DNA of 64,000 nt, taken from Acidimicrobiia bacterium. Lineage in GTDB: Bacteria > Actinomycetota > Acidimicrobiia > IMCC26256 > PALSA-610. The notes under the pieces are model-generated. The model saw nothing but the letters and a program-made list of their open reading frames with translations. It did not search any database and was not told the DNA's origin. The translations under genes were made by a program, and so were the position numbers. The stretch spans positions 90,318-154,317 of the forward strand of contig DASXZO010000036.1 of assembly GCA_036501845.1 (NCBI GenBank). The letters run 5' to 3'. Below, one piece after another: positions 8,212 through 17,675 of the stretch (positions are counted from its first letter, which is position 1; each line of letters begins with the position of its first letter).

Positions 8212-8994
8212 TCAGGGACCCAAGAACGTGGCCGCGGCATTGTGCGCGGTGATGCGGGCGGTGTCGGCAACTGCCTCGCCGCGCGCTGCCGCCAGGGCCG
8301 CCCCCACATCGACCACGTAGGCCGGCTGGTTGGCCTTGCCGCGGTGCGGCACCGGCGCGAGATACGGCGCGTCGGTCTCCACGAGCACGCGGTCGGCTGG
8401 CGTGCGCGCCGCGGCCGCGCGCAACTCGTCAGCGGCCTTGAACGACACGATGCCCGAGAATGACAACGAGCATCCGAGCTCGAGTGCGAGATCGGCTTCA
8501 GCCGGTCCACCGCTGAAGCAGTGCACCACGGTGCCGCGCGGCACACCGTGCTCACGCAGTGTCGCGAACGTCGCGTCCCACGCGTCGCGCGTGTGGATCA
8601 CGAGCGGAAGGTCGAGCTCGTGCGCGAGCGCGATTTGGCGCGCGAACGCGTCGGTCTGCGCGTCGAGCGGCGAGTGCTCGTAGTAGAGATCGAAACCGGC
8701 TTCACCTATCCCGACGATGCGCGCATCGCGACCACCACGCGCGAGCGCGACGAGCTCGTCCCACTCCTCGTCGAGCTGGCTCGCCTCGTGTGGATGCAAA
8801 CCGACAGTGGCGTACACGTCGTCGTAACGCGACGCGAGCGCGACCGCTTCACGCGATGTCGCGAGATCGGTACCGACACACACCATCCAGTCGACTCCCG
8901 CGTCGCGCGCGGCCGCGACGAGCACGTCGGGATCGACACTCTCGCCGTGACGGCTCGGCTCGAGTTGCAGATGGCAGTGCGCGTCGACCCACAT
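8212..8994 (-). CDS. tatD: TatD-family metal-dependent hydrolase
   Basis: This is the C-terminal 260 aa of track ORF 8212..9444. MWVDAHCHLQ..., GLHPHEA, IGEAGFDLYY, VIHTRDA and VETDAPYLAP are TatD motifs. Confidence 0.9.
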   Translation of the reverse strand: MWVDAHCHLQLEPSRHGESVDPDVLVAAARDAGVDWMVCVGTDLATSREAVALASRYDDVYATVGLHPHEASQLDEEWDELVALARGGRDARIVGIGEAGFDLYYEHSPLDAQTDAFARQIALAHELDLPLVIHTRDAWDATFATLREHGVPRGTVVHCFSGGPAEADLALELGCSLSFSGIVSFKAADELRAAAARTPADRVLVETDAPYLAPVPHRGKANQPAYVVDVGAALAAARGEAVADTARITAHNAAATFLGP

Positions 8995-9010
8995 CCGATG
9001 ACCGGCGCGG

Positions 9011-10546
9011 TCAGGCCGGCGCGTCCGCGCCGGCGTTGTCGAAACGCGGGAACAGTGCGGCACCCTTGGTGACCGTGGCGCCGTCGCGCAGCCGGCCCCA
9101 CGACGCCGCCTCCGGGAGGAGCTGATCGCGCACGCTGCCGGTCTGGCCCAGGCGCGTCCAGAGCTCCTCGGTGGCCCGAGGAATCGCGAACGCCGCCAGC
9201 ACCGTGGCCACCCGCAGCGCCTCCAGGCAGTCGCCCAAGACGCCGCGAACGGCCTGGTCACCGGCCTTGTGGAGCTTCCAGGGCTCCGAGGCCTCGATGT
9301 AGGCGTTGGCCTCCCGGAGCACGTCCCACACCGCACCGAGACCGCCCGAGAAGTCGAGCTGATCCATGGCCGCGGCACAGCGCTCGTAGGCCGCGTCAAC
9401 CGCGGCCCGCAGCGGTCCGTTGGCCCGTTCGATCGGCACCACACCGTCGCAGTAGTTGGTGACCATGTTGAGCACGCGGCTCGCGAGGTTTCCGTAGTTG
9501 TTCGCGAGGTCGGCGTTGTAGCGCGCGGCCATCGCCTCGTAGCTGAAGTCGCCGTCGGGGCCGAACCGCTGGTCGGCGAGGAAGTGATACCGGTAACCGT
9601 CGACGCCGAAGTCGGCCACGAGATCGGCCGGGAAGATCTGGTTGGCCTTCGTCTTGCTCATCTTCGCGCCGCCGACGAGCAGCCAGCCGTGAGCGAACAC
9701 GTGCTGCGGCGGGTCGATACCGGCGGCCATCAACATCGCCGGCCAGAAGACCGCGTGGAAGCGCAGGATGTCCTTGCCCACGAGGTGGTAGTTCACCGGC
9801 CAGTAGCGCGCGAAACGTTCGGGATCGGTGCCGAGCCCCACCGCGGTGCAGTAGTTGATGAGCGCGTCGAACCACACATAGGTGACGTGCGCGTCGTCCC
9901 ACGGCACCGGCACACCCCACGTGATCGACGTGCGGCTCATCGAGAAGTCGCGCAGGCCTTGGCGGATGAAGCCCTTCACCTCGTTCATGCGCGAGTCGGG
10001 CTGCACCGCATCGGGATGCGCGTCGTAGTAGTCGAGGAGGCGCTCACCGAAACGCGACAGCCGGAAGAAGTAGTTCTCCTCCACCACATGTTCCACCGGC
10101 CGCTCGTGGATCGGGCAGAGGCCGTCGACGAGTTCGTCCTCGGTGTAATAGGCCTCACACGACACGCAGTAGAGGCCTTCGTAGGTGTCGAGCTCGATGT
10201 AGCCGTTGTCGCGAATACGGGTGAGGAGCTCCTGCACGGCCCGGTAGTGGCGGGGCTCGGTGGTGCGGATGAAGTCGTCGTAGGAGATGTCGAGCAGCTC
10301 CCACACCTCGCGAAAGCGAGCCGAGGTGCGGTCGGCCCACTCGAGCGGCGTGACCCCCTGGGCCTCGGCGGCCCGCTGGATCTTGAGCCCGTGCTCGTCG
10401 GTGCCGGTGAGGAAGAACACGTCGTCGCCGTGCTGGCGGCGCCACCGGGCCAGCGCGTCGGCCGCGATCGTGGTGTACGCCGTGCCGATGTGGGGCACGT
10501 CGTTCACGTAGTAGATCGGCGTCGTCACGAAGAAGGGCTGGGCCAC
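9011..10546 (-). CDS. metG: methionyl-tRNA synthetase
   Basis: Track ORF 9011..10774. VAQPFFVTTPIYYVNDVPHIGTAYT carries the HIGH motif, and KMSKTK is the KMSKS motif. GTG 10546 is the first start downstream of the rsmI stop (10570). Confidence 0.9.
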   Translation of the reverse strand: MAQPFFVTTPIYYVNDVPHIGTAYTTIAADALARWRRQHGDDVFFLTGTDEHGLKIQRAAEAQGVTPLEWADRTSARFREVWELLDISYDDFIRTTEPRHYRAVQELLTRIRDNGYIELDTYEGLYCVSCEAYYTEDELVDGLCPIHERPVEHVVEENYFFRLSRFGERLLDYYDAHPDAVQPDSRMNEVKGFIRQGLRDFSMSRTSITWGVPVPWDDAHVTYVWFDALINYCTAVGLGTDPERFARYWPVNYHLVGKDILRFHAVFWPAMLMAAGIDPPQHVFAHGWLLVGGAKMSKTKANQIFPADLVADFGVDGYRYHFLADQRFGPDGDFSYEAMAARYNADLANNYGNLASRVLNMVTNYCDGVVPIERANGPLRAAVDAAYERCAAAMDQLDFSGGLGAVWDVLREANAYIEASEPWKLHKAGDQAVRGVLGDCLEALRVATVLAAFAIPRATEELWTRLGQTGSVRDQLLPEAASWGRLRDGATVTKGAALFPRFDNAGADAPA

Positions 10547-10569
10547 AGGATCATTCTCGCGTGCCGCGA

Positions 10570-11514
10570 TCAGCGGGCCGGTCTGCGTTTCGACATGGCC
10601 ACCGCGCGGTCGTAGGCGGCGCGCCGGTCGAGCCCGAATTCCACGTGCACGGCATCGGCCACATCCCGCACTCGGAGGCCGGCCGCCACCAGCTCCGCAA
10701 TCCGGGCATCGACGGTTGCCTCGTCGGCCACGACGGCTTCGGCGTCGCTTCGCCCGCCGACCACCACCACGCATTCGCCTCGGGTTTCGATCACGGCCGA
10801 CTCCATCATCGCGATCAGCTCGTCGACGCTGCCGCGATACGCCGACTCGTGCAGCTTCGTGAGCTCGCGCAGCACCGCGGCCGGCCGCTCCCCACCGACT
10901 ACGTCGCGTAGGTCGGCGAGCGTGGCCGCGAGCCGGTTCGCGGTCTCGAACAGCACGGTCGTGTGCCCGGCGTCGGCGACCGATTGGAGCTGCTCACGGC
11001 GGGCCCGGCCCTTGCGTTCGAGAAAGCCGAGGAAGGTGAACGGCTGGGTCGGCAGCGCCGAGAGCACAAGCGCGGTGACCACGGCGCTGGGCCCGGGAAC
11101 GCACTCCACCGTCACGCCTGCGTCGGCACACGCGCGCACGATTCGTTCGCCGGGGTCACTGATGCCCGGCATGCCTGCGTCGCTCACGTAGGCAACGCGC
11201 GCGCCACTGGCGATCTGCTCGACCACCGCCGCCGACAACTCCGCCTCGTTGTGCCGGTGCAACGTGCGGAGGCGATCGCGCGCCGGGATGTCGCAATGCG
11301 AAAGGAGCGCGCGAGTACGCCGTGTGTCCTCGGCGTAGATGACGTCGGCGTCGCGCAACGCCTCGACCGCGCGTGGGCTGAGATCGCCGAGATTGCCAAT
11401 CGGCGTGCCTACGAGGACGAGCGCTCCGCTGTCGCTGAGCTCGTCCTCGCACGGCCGTTCTTCACCCCCGCTCGCCTTCGGCTCGCGCCCCGAAGGGCTC
11501 CTGGGGCTAGGCAC
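10570..11514 (-). CDS. rsmI: 16S rRNA (cytidine1402-2'-O)-methyltransferase
   Basis: Track ORF of 314 aa. LVLVGTPIGNLGDLSPRAVEALRDADVIYAEDTR and YVSDAGMPGISDPG are typical of RsmI. It overlaps the upstream gene by 8 nt. Confidence 0.9.
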   Translation of the reverse strand: MPSPRSPSGREPKASGGEERPCEDELSDSGALVLVGTPIGNLGDLSPRAVEALRDADVIYAEDTRRTRALLSHCDIPARDRLRTLHRHNEAELSAAVVEQIASGARVAYVSDAGMPGISDPGERIVRACADAGVTVECVPGPSAVVTALVLSALPTQPFTFLGFLERKGRARREQLQSVADAGHTTVLFETANRLAATLADLRDVVGGERPAAVLRELTKLHESAYRGSVDELIAMMESAVIETRGECVVVVGGRSDAEAVVADEATVDARIAELVAAGLRVRDVADAVHVEFGLDRRAAYDRAVAMSKRRPAR

Positions 11515-11869
11515 GCACCTCGACCTCGTCCCCCACGCGCAGACCCCAGCGGTCGAGACAACCCGCTTGGCCCTCGATCACGAACGCCGCGCGGCGCACC
11601 ACCTTCGACACCCGGCGGGGGCGCAGCGTGGCCGTGTACACCACTCGGCCCGACCGGTCGCAGAACGCCACGTCGATCGGGAAGCGCATGCCGAACGTGT
11701 GCACACTGCGGCAGCCCTGCAACACGAAGGCGCCCTCCACCGCGTCGCGTCCGGTCAGTCCGCGGCGCTTGGCGCGGCGCGATCGAGCGAGCTCGGCCGC
11801 CGCCAACACGTCGTCACCTCGAACAAGCCATGCCACCGGAGCGAGCTCCCATCGACTGCCGCTCGGCAA
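11507..11869 (-). CDS. DUF192 (COG1430) domain protein; start uncertain
   Basis: RRGLTGRDAVEGAFVLQGCRSVHTFGMRFPIDVAFCDRSGRVV...AAFVIEGQAG fits the DUF192 pattern. The track start ATG 12010 would overlap the upstream CoA-transferase by 116 nt and gives an Arg-rich N-terminus. I prefer TTG 11869 or GTG 11836. Confidence 0.6.
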   Translation of the reverse strand: MPSGSRWELAPVAWLVRGDDVLAAAELARSRRAKRRGLTGRDAVEGAFVLQGCRSVHTFGMRFPIDVAFCDRSGRVVYTATLRPRRVSKVVRRAAFVIEGQAGCLDRWGLRVGDEVEVRA

Positions 11870-11894
11870 CGTAGCGAAGAGCGCGCGGTCGCTT

Positions 11895-13037
11895 TCAGTC
11901 GTCGCCAGGGTTGTCCGCGCCGAGTGCCGGTGGCCGGCGACGCACGGTCGCAGGCGTGCGCGCGAGGCGCAGCGGCGAGCGGATCGACGGGAACACGCCC
12001 GCGTCGTCATGCAGCTCCACCACCGGCTCGACGCCGAGCGCGGTGGCGAGTTCCACCGCCTCGGCGACGCTGTTGATCCCGCCGGCAGGCACTCCGGCTC
12101 GCGTCAGCTCGGGTACCCAGTGCGCGCGAGGTCGGGCCACGAACGCGGCGCGCAGCACCGGGTCGAGCTCGTCACGGTGCGCCACCCGCGCGCCGTTGGT
12201 GGCGAAGCGATCATCGGCCGCGAGGTCAGGTCGTTCGAGCACGCTGGCGATCGCCGCGAATTGGCGGTCGTTGCCGCACGCCACGATGAAGTCGCCGTCG
12301 GCAGCCGGGTACACGCCATAGGGAACGATCGACGGATGATCGTTGCCGAGGCGCGTCGGGTTCTGGCCGGCGAGGAGATAGCCGCTCATCTGGTTCACGA
12401 GCGCGGCGAGCGCGCAGTCGAGCAGCGACACCTCGAGGTGCTGCCCGCGACCGCTGCGCTCACGCTCCTGCAACGCGGCGAGCACACCAATGGTGACGTA
12501 CAGCGAGCAGAGCACGTCGACCGCGGCGACACCGACCTTGGTGGGTGGGCCGTCGGCGTCGCCGGTGATACTCATCAAGCCGCTCGCGCCTTGCACGAGC
12601 AGGTCGTAGCCGGGCAGCTCCCGCGCCGCCGGCGTGGAGCCGAAGCCAGTGATCGTGCACACCACGAGACGCGGGTGGCGCGCCACGAGGTCGGCGGGAT
12701 CCATCCCCCAACGCGCCATCGTTCCAGGCTTGAAGTTCTCGACGAGCACGTCGGCGCCGTCGAGCATCGCAAGGATCGGCGCGCGGCCTTCGGGCGTCGT
12801 GAGGTCGGCAGTGATGGATCGCTTGTTGCGGTTCGTCGCCTGGAAGTAGGTGCTGGTGCCGTCCACGAACGGCGGTCCCCAGGTGCGCGTGTCGTCACCG
12901 ACGTGAGGACGCTCGATCTTGACGACGTCGGCTCCAAGATCGCCGAGGATCATCGTGGCGTGCGGGCCGGCGAGCACTCGTGACAGATCGACCACGGTGA
13001 TGCCATCCAGCGCACCAGGAGTGGGCGCCTCGGCCAT
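11895..13037 (-). CDS. family III CoA-transferase (CaiB/BaiF)
   Basis: Track ORF of 380 aa. LDGITVVDLSRVLAGPHATMILGDLGADVVKIERP...GDDTR.WGPP is the classic N-terminal signature. Confidence 0.9.
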   Translation of the reverse strand: MAEAPTPGALDGITVVDLSRVLAGPHATMILGDLGADVVKIERPHVGDDTRTWGPPFVDGTSTYFQATNRNKRSITADLTTPEGRAPILAMLDGADVLVENFKPGTMARWGMDPADLVARHPRLVVCTITGFGSTPAARELPGYDLLVQGASGLMSITGDADGPPTKVGVAAVDVLCSLYVTIGVLAALQERERSGRGQHLEVSLLDCALAALVNQMSGYLLAGQNPTRLGNDHPSIVPYGVYPAADGDFIVACGNDRQFAAIASVLERPDLAADDRFATNGARVAHRDELDPVLRAAFVARPRAHWVPELTRAGVPAGGINSVAEAVELATALGVEPVVELHDDAGVFPSIRSPLRLARTPATVRRRPPALGADNPGDD

Positions 13038-13299
13038 CGCGGTAGTTCAGCATGCGAGCCGACGTGCTGCGGGCTCCTCGCCCAGGAGGCCCGCAGCCGC
13101 GTCGTTCAACTCGAGCTTGGCCCCACGCTGCGACGCGATGCGGGGGGAGACGCCGCGATGCGCAGGGCCATGCGGAGATCTTGCCCCGGGCACGTAACGG
13201 GTGCGTGACCTGGCGGCGAACAACACGTGTCGCTCACACGACGTCTCGACCGCGCCGTGTGGCTCGGCGCGAGACTCGCTGAGACGAGTGTTGTGGAAG

Positions 13300-13386
13300 G
13301 GGCGCGGCGAGCGGAGCAGCCCGGGAGCGACGAAGGAGTGACCCGGGTGCGCAGTGAGCTCGCCGCCGAGCGCAGCGAGGCAAATG
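13300..13386 (+). repeat. 87-nt conserved leader element, copy 1 (ends at the surE start codon)
   Basis: GGGCGCGGCGAGCGGAGCAGCCCGGGAGCGACGAAGGAGTGACCCGGGTGCGCAGTGAGCTCGCCGCCGAGCGCAGCGAGGCAAATG. It is 80/87 identical to 27161..27247. Predicted helices are GCGGCGAGC/GCUCGCCGC and GCA(G)CCCGGG/CCCGGGUGC. Confidence 0.85.
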
Positions 13387-14259
13387 GACATGCGCATTTT
13401 GATCACCAATGACGACGGGATCGAGTCGGAGGGGCTGCACGTGTTGGCCCGCGCGATCGCCAAGGCCGGGCACGACACGGTGGTCGTGGCACCCAACTCC
13501 GACCGCAGCGGGGTGGGCGCAGCGCTCGGTCTCGTACACGCTGACCAGCACCTCGACGCCCGTCGGGTGGAGGTCGTCGATCTCGACGTGCCCGCCTACG
13601 CGCTCGACGGTCCTCCGGGAATGTGTGTGGTTGCCGCCCGCCTCGGGGCGTTCGGCGATCCGCCCGAGCTCGTCGTGTCGGGCATCAATGCCGGCCTCAA
13701 CACCGGACGGTCGATCCTGCACTCCGGAACGGTGGGTGCCTGCCTCACCGCGCAGAACTTCGGCATCTCCGGGCTCGCGGTGAGCGTCGACGCCGATCGC
13801 GAGACCGGGCAGTGGCCGTGGACGATCGCGGCCGACCTCGCGGTGGATGTGCTCGATCGTTTCGCCGACGCACCGCCGCGCACGGTGATCAATCTCAACG
13901 TGCCCGGGCGCGCGCCGGTGCTCGGCGTGCGCTGGGCGCGCCTCGCCGCGTTCGGCGCGGCGCGCGCCGCAGTCGCCGAGACTCTTGACGGACGGCTGCA
14001 ATTCGAGTTGCAGGCCACCGGCGCCACGCCCGCGCCCGACTCCGACCAGGGAGTGGTGGAAGCCGGCTACGCGTCGATCACCACGATCATCGGCATCGCC
14101 GAGGCCTGGCCACCCGAGCTCGAAGGACCGACCACTGTGGAGGCACGCGTCGTGCCCGGCGCGCCGTTCGAAGCCGTGCACACCCTCCCCGACGCCTCAC
14201 TCCCCCGCTGGCTCCACCGCCCCCTCGCCGCCGCGAACCCGGTGGTCCCATCAGAATGA
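13384..14259 (+). CDS. surE: 5'/3'-nucleotidase SurE
   Basis: MDMRILITNDDGIESEGLHVLARAI...SGINAGLN are SurE signatures. ATG at 13384 or 13390. The track's GTG 13354 lies inside the repeat element. Confidence 0.9.
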   Translation: MDMRILITNDDGIESEGLHVLARAIAKAGHDTVVVAPNSDRSGVGAALGLVHADQHLDARRVEVVDLDVPAYALDGPPGMCVVAARLGAFGDPPELVVSGINAGLNTGRSILHSGTVGACLTAQNFGISGLAVSVDADRETGQWPWTIAADLAVDVLDRFADAPPRTVINLNVPGRAPVLGVRWARLAAFGAARAAVAETLDGRLQFELQATGATPAPDSDQGVVEAGYASITTIIGIAEAWPPELEGPTTVEARVVPGAPFEAVHTLPDASLPRWLHRPLAAANPVVPSE

Positions 14260-14313
14260 CGATTTCGTCATCGTGATGGGACCACCGAGCGCTCGGCTCG
14301 CGGTGCGGGCGCG

Positions 14314-15012
14314 TCAGCCGAGACCGGCGGAGAGGAAGCGGTAGCCCATCCCGGGCTCGGTCACGAAGTACTTGGGGCGTGACGGCTCCGGTTCGAGCTT
14401 GCGGCGCAACGCGGCGAGGTACACGCGCAGATACTCGGTCTGGGTCTCGTAGCCAGGGCCCCATACCTCCTGCAGCAGCATCTTCTGGCTGACGAGGCGG
14501 CCCTCGTTGCGCACGAGCACCTCGAGCACGTGCCACTCGGTGGGCGTGAGGCGCACCGCCGCGCCGTCGCCGCGCTGCACCTGTTTTGCTGCGAGGTCCA
14601 CGACGAAATCCGCGGTGGCGATCGTCGGTTCGTCGTGACCGTCACTCGCCCGCCGCAACGCCGCCCGCACGCGCGCGAGGAGCTCGTCCATGCCGAACGG
14701 CTTGGTCACGTAGTCGTCGGCGCCGAGGTCGAGCGCCGCCACCTTCACGCGTTCCTCGTCGCGCGCCGACAGCACCACCACCGGCACCTTGCTCCAGCCC
14801 CGCAATGCTTCGAGCACGCGCACACCGTCGAGATCGGGAAGGCCGAGATCGAGCACGACGAGATCAGGGTGGGCACGCGCGGCCTGTTCGAGCCCCTTCG
14901 CACCGTCGGCCGCCACCACCACCTCGTAGCCGCGCGCTTCCAGGCTGATGCCGAGCGCGCGTGCGAAACGCTCCTCGTCGTCGACCACGAGGATCTTGGT
15001 GGTCACCTCCAC
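14314..15012 (-). CDS. kdpE: OmpR-family response regulator KdpE
   Basis: Track ORF of 232 aa. It has a receiver domain (ILVVDDE...DLGLPDLDG...KP) and a winged-helix output (GYRF). It lies immediately downstream of kdpD. Confidence 0.9.
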   Translation of the reverse strand: MEVTTKILVVDDEERFARALGISLEARGYEVVVAADGAKGLEQAARAHPDLVVLDLGLPDLDGVRVLEALRGWSKVPVVVLSARDEERVKVAALDLGADDYVTKPFGMDELLARVRAALRRASDGHDEPTIATADFVVDLAAKQVQRGDGAAVRLTPTEWHVLEVLVRNEGRLVSQKMLLQEVWGPGYETQTEYLRVYLAALRRKLEPEPSRPKYFVTEPGMGYRFLSAGLG

Positions 15013-15028
15013 CCCCGCTCGCAGGGAC

Positions 15029-17671
15029 TCACGCGCTCGCCTCGTGCGGCTCCGGGTGCACGGGCTCGGGCGGCTCGACGGGTTCGGGAACGGTCACCGG
15101 CGCGCCGATGGGCACGACCACCACCATCGTGGCCCCGCCACCTGGCGTGTCCTCGATACGCAGCTCACCGCCCATCGCCTCGATGAAGCCCTTGGCGACG
15201 GCGAGTCCGAGCCCCACGCCGAGGCCCGATGGCTGATCGCCGAGGCGCTGGAACGGGAGCACCACGCGCTCGCGCTCGCTCACCGGGATGCCGGGGCCAC
15301 GGTCGACGATCCGCAGATGCATGCGATCGCTGAGGGCCGCGACCTCGATGCGCACGGGCACACCCGGGGGCGTCCACCGCAGCGCGTTGCCGATCAGATT
15401 GGCGAGCACCCGCTCCAACAGCGCGGCGTCGATCGTCATCAACGGCAGACCTTCGGCGACGTCGACCGCCACCGCGTCCTGTGCCGGCCGCAGCGACGCC
15501 AGCGCCGAGCCCACGATCTCTTCCACGTCGACGATCTGGGGCCGCGTCGCGACCTCGCCCGAGCGCAGACGGCTCATGTCGAGCAGATTGCCGACGAGAT
15601 CGTTGAGCCGCGCGGCCTCGTCGTCGATCGTGCGCAGCAACTCCTCACGCGCGTCCTCGGGCCATTCCACGTCGGTGGCGAGCAGGCTCGTGGCCGCAGC
15701 GCGGATCGACGCGAGCGGGGTGCGCAGGTCGTGGCTCACCGCCGCGAGCAGCGCGTTGCGGAGCTCGTTGGCGCGGGCCTGCGCGATCGCCTGTTCGGCT
15801 TCGCGCTGCAACAGCCGGCGGTGGCGCGCGAGCGCGATCTGCGTGGTGAACGACGCGAGCACCTCGCGTTCCTCAGCCGTGAGGCCGCGGCCCGACCAGG
15901 CAAGGCATGCATCGCCCGGCACGTTGACGGCGAGCTCGGGATCGAACGAGGCGTCATCCAGCGCGTTGCCAGCCCCGTCGGCCGCGTCGCCGGCGATCGT
16001 GCTCGGCTCGCCGCCCGGAGCGCGGGCTTCCACGTGCCACGCGCCGTCGTCGCCGCGAGCGAGCACCCGCACGTTGTCGAACGCGAATGTCGAGCCGATC
16101 TGCTCGAGCAGGCGCGGCAGCGGATCGGGATCGTCCACGGTGATGCCGGCCATCGTCGCCAGCATGCGCGCCTCGGCACGCGCCTGGTAAGCCTCGGCGC
16201 GACGCCCGGCCGCAAGGTCGACGAGCACGCTCACCACGCCACCGATCACCAGGAAGGCAACGAGCGCGAGCACGTCACGACCGTTCGAGATCGTGAACGT
16301 GTGGATTGGTGGCGCGAAGTAGTAGTTGAGCAAGAGGAAGCCGAACACCGACGCAACGAGCGCCGGCAGCACACCGCCGATCGTCGCGATCAATACGACC
16401 GCGAGCAGGTAGCACAGGATCGCGTTCTGGAAACCGAGCGAGTGCCGCGCCGGGATGAGGCAGAGCGTGAGGAGGGGCAGGCCGACGACCGCCAGCACGA
16501 ACCCGGCGATGCGCCGTTTCCGGCCCACCGACACGAAGCGAGGCAGGCGGGTGAACGTGCGCACCTGCGCACCACCTTCGTCGGCGAGACTCGGGCTCGA
16601 GATCACGTGCACGTCGAGCCGCCCCCGCGCGTTACGGAGCAGCTTGCGCACCACCGAGCCGCGCCACATTTCAGTGACACGCGATTCGCGGCTCGCACCG
16701 AGCACCACCTGCGTGGCGTTCTCCGCAGTGGCGACATGCAGCAATGCATCGGCCACGTCGGTGCCCGTCACCTCCACGTAGCGGCCGCCCACCTCTTCGA
16801 GCAACGACACCCGCTGCGCGATTGTTTCCGCGTCACCGGCGTGGCCGGCCCGAAGGCCGTCGCTGCGCACCACGTGCACGCCGATGAGCTCGCCGTGGGC
16901 GCGGCGCGCCATGCGCGCAGCCCGGCGGATCAGGTCGTCGCCGCCCGGCGCGCCCGTAAGCGCAACCACCACGCGCTCCTTCGTCTCCCACGCGGTGTCG
17001 ATGTCGTGGCGCTCGCGGTAGTCGAGCAACGACGCGTCGACCTTGTCGGCGAGCCACAGGAGCGCGAGCTCGCGCAACGCGGTGAGGTTGCCGACGCGGA
17101 AGTAGTTGCCGAGCGCGGCGTCCACCTTGTCGGAGGCGTAGATGTTGCCGTGTGCCATGCGCCGACGCAGCGCCTCCGGCGTCTGGTCGATGAGCTCCAC
17201 CTGGTCGGCGCTCCGCACCACGCCGTCAGGCACCGTCTCCTGCTGATCGATGCCAGTGATCTGCTCGACCACGTCGTGGAGCGACTCGAGATGCTGGATG
17301 TTCACGGTGGAGATCACGTCGATGCCCGCGTCGAGCACCTCCACCACATCCTGCCAACGCTTCTCGTTGCGCGAGCCGGGCACGTTGGTGTGGGCGAGCT
17401 CGTCGATGAGCGCCACTGCGGGCTTGCGGGCGATCAGCGCGTCGACGTCCATCTCGTCGAACGACGTGCCGCGATACTCGAACCGTCGCCGCGGGACCAC
17501 GTCGAGCTCGCCGACCTGCGCGGCGGTGTTCGGCCGCGCGTGCGTCTCGACGTAGCCGACGACCACGTCGGTGCCGCGCGCGGCGCGCCGGCGACCTTCG
17601 TTGAGCATCGCGAACGTCTTGCCGACGCCGGGCGAGGCACCGAGATAGACGCGCAAGTGCCCTCGGGCCAC
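15029..17671 (-). CDS. kdpD: sensor histidine kinase KdpD
   Basis: Track ORF of 880 aa. It contains the N-terminal KdpD domain with P-loop GASPGVGKT, a Usp-like region, a DUF4118 TM block, a GAF-like region, the HisKA H-box (SHDLRTPL) and an HATPase domain. Confidence 0.95.
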   Translation of the reverse strand: MARGHLRVYLGASPGVGKTFAMLNEGRRRAARGTDVVVGYVETHARPNTAAQVGELDVVPRRRFEYRGTSFDEMDVDALIARKPAVALIDELAHTNVPGSRNEKRWQDVVEVLDAGIDVISTVNIQHLESLHDVVEQITGIDQQETVPDGVVRSADQVELIDQTPEALRRRMAHGNIYASDKVDAALGNYFRVGNLTALRELALLWLADKVDASLLDYRERHDIDTAWETKERVVVALTGAPGGDDLIRRAARMARRAHGELIGVHVVRSDGLRAGHAGDAETIAQRVSLLEEVGGRYVEVTGTDVADALLHVATAENATQVVLGASRESRVTEMWRGSVVRKLLRNARGRLDVHVISSPSLADEGGAQVRTFTRLPRFVSVGRKRRIAGFVLAVVGLPLLTLCLIPARHSLGFQNAILCYLLAVVLIATIGGVLPALVASVFGFLLLNYYFAPPIHTFTISNGRDVLALVAFLVIGGVVSVLVDLAAGRRAEAYQARAEARMLATMAGITVDDPDPLPRLLEQIGSTFAFDNVRVLARGDDGAWHVEARAPGGEPSTIAGDAADGAGNALDDASFDPELAVNVPGDACLAWSGRGLTAEEREVLASFTTQIALARHRRLLQREAEQAIAQARANELRNALLAAVSHDLRTPLASIRAAATSLLATDVEWPEDAREELLRTIDDEAARLNDLVGNLLDMSRLRSGEVATRPQIVDVEEIVGSALASLRPAQDAVAVDVAEGLPLMTIDAALLERVLANLIGNALRWTPPGVPVRIEVAALSDRMHLRIVDRGPGIPVSERERVVLPFQRLGDQPSGLGVGLGLAVAKGFIEAMGGELRIEDTPGGGATMVVVVPIGAPVTVPEPVEPPEPVHPEPHEASA

Positions 17672-17675
17672 GCTG

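Noticed and set aside
11870-12010. N-terminal extension of the DUF192 gene to ATG 12010.
   Set aside because: It would overlap the 3' end of the CoA-transferase gene by 116 nt. It encodes an Arg/Cys/Ser-rich peptide unlike DUF192 proteins.
13270-13300. A CUGAGA-containing stem (CTCGCTGAGACGAG) upstream of the 87-nt element, considered as a TPP riboswitch fragment.
   Set aside because: No ACCUGAUC/GGAUAAUGCC-type pyrimidine-sensor or pyrophosphate-sensor blocks follow. CUGAGA occurs only once, by chance, and the downstream gene (surE) is unrelated to thiamine.
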